In this document: one piece after another, positions 55,385 to 64,000 of the stretch
Layout of the letters: every line of letters starts with the position of its first letter
Numbering within the stretch: the stretch's first letter is position 1
Assembly: GCA_020184695.1 (NCBI GenBank)
Contig: JAANOX010000144.1
Span: forward strand, 1-64,000
Length of the DNA: 64,000 bases
From: Histomonas meleagridis 2922-C6/04-290x
Taxonomy: Eukaryota > Protista > Parabasalia
Reading direction: 5' to 3'
The notes under the pieces: generated by a model
The model's input: the letters and a program-made list of their open reading frames with translations, nothing else
Database searches by the model: none
What the model was told of the DNA's origin: nothing
Translations under genes and position numbers: made by a program

Positions 55385-56084
55385 CTCTCAAAAAGTTGAG
55401 AAATTTCTCATATTAAAATATGAATTTCTACGACTATTAATATTCAAACAAAAATTGGTCAAGCATTTTATCTACACACTAAATCTGATTATCCTCTTTT
55501 GATCTAAAATAAGATATGAACTTTATTCTTCTTATATTTATGTAACTGTTTTTTTAAAATTATCATAATTCTTCTTCTGCCTCTAAAAATTTAAAAATTA
55601 TATATTCAACAAAGAATTGTTCTTGATATTAAGTAACTTTATCTATTTGTATTAATATGAATTTGTCACTTTTAAATTGGAATGAATGCTATTTAAAATT
55701 TTTCTTGAAGTCGTTTCATACCTACCAAATATACCAGCACTCCGGGTCATTTATTATTGTTTTTGATATACAAAATTTGTTCATTTGTTAATTTTGAAAT
55801 TATTATTTCCCCACTCAGTTTGTTTCGATATCACTTTTCTGTAAAGTAATTAATGAAAATCAAATACTTTACTTGATATAAACACGATAGAGGACGTTAA
55901 AAATAATTACAGCCATCTCAAAATATTTTGACGTATCCGACTTTTTGAGTGAATAAAGTTTTGAAAATTGATGACCGTTAATATCATTTTTTTATCTTGT
56001 CTTCAAAAAGCCATATTGAATGCTCTATGAAAATATTCAATGTGCATTTTCAAAAAAGGCATTTCGCCTGAACAAGTCATTTGG

Positions 56085-57684
56085 ATGGATTCTCGTTCTG
56101 ATCCCCTTGTTCCAAGCGAAAAGAAAGTAGAAATTGGACACTATGTTCTTTCACATACTCTTGGAGAAGGTTCGAGTGGTAAAGTCAAATTAGCAGTAAA
56201 TAAAGAAACAGGTGAAGAAGTTGCAATTAAGATTATACCAAAATCAGAATTTTTACAAAGCCCAGATCTAAAAATTAAGGTTCAACGCGAAATTTCTCTC
56301 ATGAAAATTGTTAACAATCCAGGAATACTCAAATTAATTGATGTTCTCGAAAGCCAACGACATCTTTATATTGTTATGGAATATGCTGAACAAGGTGAAT
56401 TATTTGATTATTTAGTTTCACATAATCATCTCGAACCAAGTGTTGCTATTGAATTTTTCAGACAAATTGTTTGCACAGTTGAATATCTCCATAGCCTTGG
56501 TATTTGCCACCGTGATCTAAAACCAGAGAACATCCTACTTGATTCATGCACAAGAATCAAACTTGCAGATTTCGGATTTGCTCGATGGGTGAAGTCAAAC
56601 CTCACAGAAACGGCTTGTGGTTCACCACATTATGCTGCTCCTGAAATCATCAAAGGCCATCCTTATGATGGGAAAATCGCAGACATTTGGAGTATCGGCG
56701 TCATTTTGTATGCTTTACTTGCAGTATGTTTCTTAACGTCCTCCGATCGGAAGACGTTTATTTCCAACCGCTAACACATAGGGCTATTTACCATTCGATG
56801 ACACGTCTGTTCGAAGTCTTCTTTTAAAGGTCATTAAAGGACACTTTGACATGCCGCCATTTCCTGCTTCTATTCAGGACCTTATTCGAAAGATGCTTAT
56901 TGTTGATCCAGCAAAACGTATTACTATTGAAGGTATCAAAGCACATCCAGCCTTTCGCATAGGTATTGATCCACTTTACATTGTCCCTACACCTGTTCCA
57001 TTTCCAAAATTCAGTCCGGCTATTGATCCTAGTACACTTTCTCATGAAGTATTAGACATTCTTTCACATATTGGATTCTCTGATGATGAACTTGAAACGC
57101 AACTGAAGTCTCCTGACTTTACAACTGCTAAAGTATTTCTTTCGATGATTAATCGTACACTTGACCTTGAATCTCTTCCATGGGAACAAGCATTTTCAGG
57201 TCCTCCGCAACCCACAATTGACAAAACAATTCCAGTTGACAAAAACATCATTGATTCTAATGCTAATAAATTGAAAACCAAGACAATTGGACCCTTCTCC
57301 AAAGGGAGAAGAAAAATGGTTCCTGTGTCTTCTTATGAGATGTATTCGGTTGCTAACAGACCTGAATGGGCGCTCGGCGAGGCTCCAGTGACAGAAGTTT
57401 TAAGAGAAATGAAAATCGACATAAACGGTCGCTCGACATGGAAAATTTTTGCAACGATCCAAAATAAATTAGGCGACATGCAACATCAATGGTTCCATCC
57501 AGATCCAATGACAATGTATGTGAGAAGTAATTCAGGATCGTTGTACTTGAGTTTGGTTGGAAAATATTTTTCACCAAAAGATGTGAAGTTAACAGCATTG
57601 TTGCATAACGGAGATAATAAGGAATTCACTGAGTTAGTATCAAATTTATTTGAAGAGGTTTCAAATCTTGAAATCGAATTGTGA
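56085..57684 (+). CDS. CAMK-group kinase (BRSK/SNF1-like), two exons: 56085-56723 and 56782-57684
   Basis: GEGSSGKV, VAIK, HRDLKPEN, DFG, TACGSPHYAAPE. Splicing restores LYALLA|GYLPFDD. Inr TCATTT at 56077-56082. Confidence 0.93.
56724..56781 (+). other. 58-nt spliceosomal intron of trichomonad type
   Basis: 5' GTATGT; 3' GCTAACACATAG (branch point fused to the 3' splice site); removal restores the kinase subdomain IX frame. Confidence 0.93.
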
Positions 57685-58089
57685 GAAAATGATTTTTTTT
57701 TAATAAATAAGAGGTGTGCAAAATGCGTTTTTATCTATAAGTCAATGAATCTTTTCCAAAATATAGGATTATGTTAAAAGTGTAATCAGAATGATTTTAA
57801 AATTTGCATTTATAAAAATTTTAATATTGTAACATGACCTAACTTCACAAGGAGGTGAAGAATACACAGAGATAAACAACCCTTAAATATTTATTTTAAA
57901 AAATAAATGTCAAATGATGTGCAATTCTTGAAATTGGCATAATAATTGCTCTTTTTATCTACTTGGCGATTCGAATAATTAGCAATATGTTTTAAATACC
58001 TTAAGATAAGCTTATTTTTGATTAGAGTTAATAATCTTTTGAATTGAACATTTTAACGTAAAATTATTTAACGTTCACATAAAAATGGA

Positions 58090-59340
58090 ATGAAGCAATT
58101 ACCACAACCAGTGTCACCACTTTTATCATTAAAGGTTAACCGTACTGCAAATGAGATAGCAAACATGGAAACAGAAAGTCAAACAATGAATATTAACCAA
58201 ATTAAAACAGATTTTAAAAATCAGGAAATCCTTAATAATAAAAAAGAAGAAGAAATTCAACAAATAAAAGATTTGCTTGAACATCAGTGCTATACATTTG
58301 TAGTATTTAAAAATCAAATTACTGACTCTCGCAAATCAATGAAAAAAATGATGAACAAATTTCAAGATAAAATGCAATCAATAGAAAAAACATTAAACAA
58401 TTTTTCAGCTGCAGCTTTTCAACAAATAAATGAATTTAATCGGCGAATCGATAATATTTCTCAAACTCTTTCATTAAAACCAATTTTGCATACTATGCTT
58501 TTTCTACCCGATGTTGATCGTATCACAGGCATTGACTCTAACGACAATTTAGTTGCAATTACATCATCAAATGGAAAAATTGGTATTATTAATATTGATT
58601 CTTTTGCCATCACATCAATTACCAGCTACGCGGAGCCATTGTTTTTACCGAGATTTTTTGTAAAAAACGAAAAATATTATTTATTTATATTATCATCAAA
58701 AAATGAATTATTGCTTTCAAGCCCACCCACAACTAGTCCAGAAAAAATACCAAACCTAAAAGTCAATAGTTATGCAATAATTTCTGAAAAAAATGTTGAT
58801 ATTGCATTTGGTCAACAAAATGAGATATCATATTTTATTCTTCATAACAAAGAAATTTCATTAATTGGCACTACAACTAACATTAAAGGAATCGTTAATC
58901 ACATTGTTTATGATAAATTTACAAATTCGATATATGCTATAACAAATCGAAAATATTTTTATAATATTTCCATTGAAACATTTCAAGTTGTTTCCACCCA
59001 TAGATTTGATATTATGCCAATTCAGATATTTCTTACTGAAGTTTTCATTATAATTTCGTTTGGAATTAATGAAATTTGTATTTTTAATAAATTACAAAAT
59101 GAATTAAATGAAATTTACAAATTTGAAGTCAGCGAAGGAATTAAATCCATTTCATGCAATGAAAATTCTATTTTTATTGTAACTAAATCAAATAAAATCG
59201 AAAGAAGAAAACTTTGTAATCCAATGTTTCACGAAATATTAACATCGGAATATGAAGCAAATGAAAATATTTGCTGTATACATTGTAGAAATAGCGAAAT
59301 GTATTTGGCACATAACAATAAATTGAGTTGTTATAAATAA
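58090..59340 (+). CDS. Hypothetical protein: N-terminal coiled coil plus probable divergent beta-propeller
   Basis: 416-aa ORF with a heptad N-terminus and a beta-strand-rich remainder. Confidence 0.7.
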   Translation: MKQLPQPVSPLLSLKVNRTANEIANMETESQTMNINQIKTDFKNQEILNNKKEEEIQQIKDLLEHQCYTFVVFKNQITDSRKSMKKMMNKFQDKMQSIEKTLNNFSAAAFQQINEFNRRIDNISQTLSLKPILHTMLFLPDVDRITGIDSNDNLVAITSSNGKIGIINIDSFAITSITSYAEPLFLPRFFVKNEKYYLFILSSKNELLLSSPPTTSPEKIPNLKVNSYAIISEKNVDIAFGQQNEISYFILHNKEISLIGTTTNIKGIVNHIVYDKFTNSIYAITNRKYFYNISIETFQVVSTHRFDIMPIQIFLTEVFIIISFGINEICIFNKLQNELNEIYKFEVSEGIKSISCNENSIFIVTKSNKIERRKLCNPMFHEILTSEYEANENICCIHCRNSEMYLAHNNKLSCYK

Positions 59341-59748
59341 ATATTTGTGTTTTTGTTGATTTCTTCTTTCAATGTTTACATAATTAAATTGTTTTGTTTA
59401 TGGTGTTATAACACATTAAATTTATAATAGTGTATAGCAGTATCAAGTATAAATAAATTTATTTATAAAATATATTGAAAATATATCTTATAAACAGGAA
59501 ATATTTTCTGCATTTGATATCATTCCTTTATATTTATTTTAAAAAAAAAAATTAATATCTTATGAATCTTTTATTCAGCTGATAATATCACATTTATATA
59601 AATTCTTATAAGAAAGTTGTTCATTTTATCATTTGTTAAATAGAACAAAATTGGTATAAAATCAAAATTAAAATGAAAGTGATTACCAATGTTCAGAAAT
59701 TAAAAAGTGAAATTATATATAAATTAAAAATTGATACCATCAAATCAT

Positions 59749-60081
59749 TTATTTCTTACCCTTTCTGCCCTTTGGTGCTGCTTCAGCCTTTGGTGCTTCT
59801 TCAACAACTTCTTCCTTGGCTCCGGCTGGACGACCATAAGCAACAAGCTTTGAATGCTTGATCAAGCATACAATCTTGCCATCAGCTTCAAGTTGCTTTA
59901 AAACTTGACGAGCAACTGTAAGGGAAATCTTGTAACGATCTGCAAGTTTAGATGGTGTGATGAGTTTGCTACGTGGAACAGCCTTTTCGATTTCTTCTGC
60001 AACTTCGGAAAGAAGGACTGTTGCCCAATCCCTCTTTTCCTTGTTTGTTGTCTTTGTCCACTTCTTCTTAACTTGTGGCAT
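59749..60081 (-). CDS. RPS25: 40S ribosomal protein S25 (eS25)
   Basis: KKKWTK...KEK...VL...E..K.VP..KLITPS.LADRYKISLTVARQ.LK.L. M5 at 60088-60093 and M3 at 60101-60108 lie upstream. Confidence 0.95.
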   Translation of the reverse strand: MPQVKKKWTKTTNKEKRDWATVLLSEVAEEIEKAVPRSKLITPSKLADRYKISLTVARQVLKQLEADGKIVCLIKHSKLVAYGRPAGAKEEVVEEAPKAEAAPKGRKGKK

Positions 60082-60276
60082 CTACTTAAAAGGGCGGCCA
60101 CAACCGTTATAATAGCGGTTATTTACAAGGAGAACGTTTAAATATGGGGAGAAGGAATATAAAAACAAAAATATTTGTTAATTCATGAATAAAACATCAT
60201 TAAATGGATATGGAAAGTTTCAAAATTTTTTAGGTTACGCGTTTTGTTATAAAATTTTCTATCTAATTCTTTTTTA

Positions 60277-60735
60277 TTAAAACAGTAAATCAAGGTAATT
60301 GAACAAGCTAGAATTGGCCTTTGTGATAGCACTCCAAAAGAAAAGAAAACTTACTTCAATAACATCGTTGAAGGAGAAAATATCAATCGCACCTGAAATA
60401 GGAAACCAGAATCTTTTAGGGAAAAAACAAACTCCCTTTTGATACGCCAAAAAAGGCAAGACAAATGTTCTAATTACGCTTGAAACAGGACATAATTCAA
60501 ATGATTTTATCGAAACATCAATAGCATGTGCTTCTCGCTTAAGAAGTGTATAATCTTTGAACCTTTCCCTTGGATCTATATTTTTCAATTGTTCCATTAT
60601 TTGATTTTTCCTTTTCTTTTTTCCAATCTCCGGAATTTTTTTAATGGTGAATAAAATCGTTAAAACAATAAAATCCATCAGAAATGCAGAAACTGCAAGC
60701 TGAGGCCCGCTTGGTAAATAAAGATCAGGAAGCAT
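60277..60735 (-). CDS. Small membrane protein, possibly Get1/WRB-like
   Basis: TM helix, then coiled coil (IDPRERFKDYTLLKRE resembles IS..DEFAKYA.L.R), then P..FWFP and a C-terminal TM segment. Confidence 0.45.
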   Translation of the reverse strand: MLPDLYLPSGPQLAVSAFLMDFIVLTILFTIKKIPEIGKKKRKNQIMEQLKNIDPRERFKDYTLLKREAHAIDVSIKSFELCPVSSVIRTFVLPFLAYQKGVCFFPKRFWFPISGAIDIFSFNDVIEVSFLFFWSAITKANSSLFNYLDLLF

Positions 60736-61303
60736 TTCTGCTGAAATTAGCTGACAAAGTTCCTCAATTTAAACGGTTATGAAAAAATCGAATCTTTTTG
60801 CAAAATCTTTTCTCTCTTATACAAATAAGCTTATCAAAATAAATCTTAATTTAGATGCTTTTTTGATAAAGTTAAATTTGGAAATAAGTATTGTATTAAA
60901 TCTCAATCAATTTAATTTTACGAGTAACGAAAATAAAACAATATTCAAACAAAACGTTAAAATAAATCAGTCAAAAGGTGATTTGTAATAACTTATTTAA
61001 TAATGTTTTGAAATAATTGATATTAATTAAATTGATATTAATTATCATAACTTAAATAAAGAAGTGTTTGACCACCCAATGATTGCATTTTCTCTTAAGT
61101 TTGATTTGACATTCAAATATTGTAAATTTCATGAATAATAATCACAATAATTCTAGCATCATTTTTAATTTATCCTAAATAAGATATTCGACAAAAAACT
61201 AACAAAGGTGTATATGTGAATTGTTCTATGCTTGTGAAACTGCTGGCGACTTTATAGAGTCTAGTAAATTTACTTAACGGAAAAAACGGAGCACCCCAAC
61301 AAT

Positions 61304-64000
61304 ATGGAGTGTCTGGGCGTTCTATCAATTAATTCTCCTTATTCGATCTCAGACGCTAAAATTATTCCTATCCTAGATAATCAAAAGAATGCACTTGTTA
61401 TTGCAAAAGGGTCTGAACTTGAATTTTTTTCAGTCGAAAATGATACTTTCAATTTTCTTTATAAATATAGTGTATTTGGAAACATTTCCCATATAGTCCC
61501 ACTTCATTCATTAGGTGACGCTCAATATAATATTTTATTAATATTTTCAGATTTACGATTTTCTGTCCTACGAAACATTTCAGGAAAAATTACTACAGTA
61601 CAACATGGGAGCATGGGTTCTTCTGTTTGTTGTGTTACAAGTCCACCATTTAAATATAGTATTACATCCACACATTTTCTCATACAAATACAGAATGAAT
61701 TTCAAATTTTTTATATTAACACAATATCTCAACTTGGGATTCCATTTAATTTTTCTGTTAATGCCAAAGCGATTCGTGATTTTGGATTTATTGATATTTC
61801 TTCAACATTTCCACGTATCGCATTTCTTATCGAATCATATAATAGTGGCACACGCCTTGAAATCTATGATCTCGACACTTCATCAAAATTACTTCCTCCC
61901 AAACCATATATTTCATTACTTGTTCCACCAGATTCATATAAAATGATCATATTTAGAGATCGTTCACTTTATGTCTTTACTACTTCATCTTCGATTCATA
62001 TTGAACCTATTTCATGCACTAACATTAAAAAGTACAGTGCGACAATCTTCACATCAGATCCATTAGACAAATATACTTTTTTATCTGATAAACGCGTGTT
62101 AGTTGCAGATTGTTCGAATAATATATATCTCTTTACGTATTTTAAAAGTGATAGTAGTACACTTGCAAGAATTGGAGAAGTGAATACACCAATTGCTTTA
62201 TTATCAACAGAAAATGAACTTAACGCAATATCGATTTCACGTTCTGGCGAATCATCTTTAATATCAATAAGAGGAAAATATTGTAATTTTTACGCAGAAA
62301 CAAAACCAATTTTGGCTAACTCTGGAATTGTTAGATCAATAACAGAAGTTAGTAACAATGAATGCGTTGGAGTTTGCGAAAAAAATTATTTACATATTTT
62401 AAGGGAATCTTTACAATTTACGGAATTATTTAGAACAATAATTCCTGGAATTAAAAACGCTTGGGTTTTTAACAATGAAAATATAATTTTTACTTATGAT
62501 AATCAAACTTCTTTAATGAAATTTTCAAATGAAGAAATTGTTTTACTTGAAAACGATTTCTTAGTTCAAAACGAGCCAACAATTAACTTTTTCTATGACG
62601 ATTTGAATGATTTATTCATTCAAATAACCGAAACAAAAGTTGTGCATTCGAACAAACCCACTCAAAATTTTGAATGCATTATCTCATCGTCAATTTCAAA
62701 ATCTAATTTTGCGATTGCTATTAAAGAAAATGAAAAATATTCGATTTTGATTTATGATATACAAGCGTTTGAAGAAACAAGTAATTTTGATTTGGATGAA
62801 ATAGTTAATATTATTGCAGTTAATGATGAATATATTGCATTTTCAAATTGGTCATCAAATACTATATATATTTATTATATTGAAAGTGGAGACTTAGCCA
62901 AAGAAATTAATGGTGTTACTGCAATATCAATGTTATTTACTAATGATTTTTTGGTTGTTATTGAACCATTTGATCATTGTTGCTTTTATCCTATCAATTC
63001 AGATAATAAACCTTTCAAATATTTTTGTAACGGAACCCATAATTCACTAGTTTATTTACAAGAAGACGATGTTTTAATAACCGGCGAAAAACCTGTTATC
63101 GTTAATCCAAATTCAATACGAGGCATTTCATTTGAGAACTTTACAAATGCCTCTTTTTATCAAGGCCAATTTTTATTTATCAAGGACGACACATTAGTAT
63201 TATGTCATTCGAATGAGTTCAAGAAAACTATTGAAGAAGAACATATTCAATTTGATATTTTAGAGTGTATTCATTTTTCAGATAGAATTAATTTTGTAAT
63301 TACAATCAAAGACAACAAAAACATTATCATAAGTATTGTTGAAAATCCATTTTCTAATCCGATTTCAACAATTGTCATCAATGATGTTCAAATGTATTCC
63401 GGCATATGTTCCATCGAACAAAAAGATAAACATTTTGTTGCGATTGCATATGACAAAACGTTAATTTTGTATGAAATATTATGGGACAAATTTATCTTTC
63501 GATATAAATTGCCATTAGAAAAACAACCGATTTGTATAATGTCATTTAAAGAAATGATATTAATTGGTTATGATGATGAAGTTCTATTATATGAAGCTGA
63601 TATAATATCATTTACAAACATCCAATTAAAAATAGTCACGAATTTACGTACACAAGGGTATACATCATCAATATCATGCGATGAATTATTTATAGCTATA
63701 GCAGATGAGCTGCAATCGATAATATTATATGAATATGATCAACATTCCAACAAATTTAATGAAATTGCTCGAAACCCTTTTAACATAGGCTTTTCCAAAA
63801 TAAAATTAATCGACGACGATATATTTTGCGTCGATTTATTTGGTAATTTATATCAAATGCAAATCGGAGATACCAAAAACGTCGAAAGTTCCGATTTGCA
63901 AATGATTTCAGCGTTTGCAATTGGTCAAAACGTTAGTTCAATTGTTGCGCTTAAAGATAAAAACGCAGTAATAATTGGCACTGAACAAAGTCAATATTTA
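61304..64000 (+). CDS. DDB1-like (MMS1_N / CPSF_A) triple beta-propeller protein, 3'-truncated by the window edge; absent from the ORF track
   Basis: ATG at 61304. LVIAKGSELEFF...YSVFGNI...ILLIFSDLRFSVL and, in the same frame at 63701, ADELQSIILYEYD....FNEIARNP; also CVDLFGNLY. Confidence 0.8.
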   Translation, partial: MECLGVLSINSPYSISDAKIIPILDNQKNALVIAKGSELEFFSVENDTFNFLYKYSVFGNISHIVPLHSLGDAQYNILLIFSDLRFSVLRNISGKITTVQHGSMGSSVCCVTSPPFKYSITSTHFLIQIQNEFQIFYINTISQLGIPFNFSVNAKAIRDFGFIDISSTFPRIAFLIESYNSGTRLEIYDLDTSSKLLPPKPYISLLVPPDSYKMIIFRDRSLYVFTTSSSIHIEPISCTNIKKYSATIFTSDPLDKYTFLSDKRVLVADCSNNIYLFTYFKSDSSTLARIGEVNTPIALLSTENELNAISISRSGESSLISIRGKYCNFYAETKPILANSGIVRSITEVSNNECVGVCEKNYLHILRESLQFTELFRTIIPGIKNAWVFNNENIIFTYDNQTSLMKFSNEEIVLLENDFLVQNEPTINFFYDDLNDLFIQITETKVVHSNKPTQNFECIISSSISKSNFAIAIKENEKYSILIYDIQAFEETSNFDLDEIVNIIAVNDEYIAFSNWSSNTIYIYYIESGDLAKEINGVTAISMLFTNDFLVVIEPFDHCCFYPINSDNKPFKYFCNGTHNSLVYLQEDDVLITGEKPVIVNPNSIRGISFENFTNASFYQGQFLFIKDDTLVLCHSNEFKKTIEEEHIQFDILECIHFSDRINFVITIKDNKNIIISIVENPFSNPISTIVINDVQMYSGICSIEQKDKHFVAIAYDKTLILYEILWDKFIFRYKLPLEKQPICIMSFKEMILIGYDDEVLLYEADIISFTNIQLKIVTNLRTQGYTSSISCDELFIAIADELQSIILYEYDQHSNKFNEIARNPFNIGFSKIKLIDDDIFCVDLFGNLYQMQIGDTKNVESSDLQMISAFAIGQNVSSIVALKDKNAVIIGTEQSQYL

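Noticed and set aside
54536-55732. Possible TIR pair ATATTGGTAGGTA / TACCTACCAAATAT
   Set aside because: Only about 14 bp with an indel, no convincing target duplication and no coherent interior.
5514-60735. Get4-like and Get1-like genes in one window as a GET-pathway cluster
   Set aside because: They are 54 kb apart with unrelated genes between, and both assignments are tentative.
1-64000. tRNA, rRNA or snRNA genes
   Set aside because: No cloverleaf, rRNA-like or Sm-site-bearing segment was recognised by eye; a tRNAscan-SE/Infernal run would be needed to exclude them.

Overview
This is AT-rich eukaryotic DNA, very probably from a parabasalid (Trichomonas/Tritrichomonas-like). Supporting signs are BspA-type LRR genes, DUF3447-ankyrin genes, Inr/M3/M5 core-promoter motifs and one trichomonad-type GTATGT...CTAACACATAG intron. 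About 25 housekeeping or lineage genes are present, including an HMG box, Get4-like, CFAP100-like, Furry-like, TMEM62-like, PWI, DZIP1-like, ARMH3-like, arginase-family, PX, Rab, MAPK, a CAMK kinase, RPS8, RPL21, RPS25 and a DDB1-like gene missed by the ORF track, plus decayed BspA and kinase copies. Two things stand out. (1) Three ankyrin-repeat loci and one remnant carry an AT-rich, usually stop-containing spacer at every canonical ankyrin junction (NAK-D | TAL). The spacers have no GT-AG/branch-point signals and are built from 20-nt units (43, 63, 83 nt = 3+20n; all exceptions differ by whole codons), while the coding modules stay intact. This is a candidate non-canonical excision or recoding system. 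(2) A 3.2-kb Tc1/IS630-type transposon with TA duplication and 24-bp TIRs has a decayed ORF that joins a USP (C19) deubiquitinase domain to the HTH-DDE transposase. It is nested in a second TIR element with a 9-bp target duplication, which sits about 50 bp upstream of the largest ankyrin array. All family assignments come from motif recognition by eye; no database search was run.
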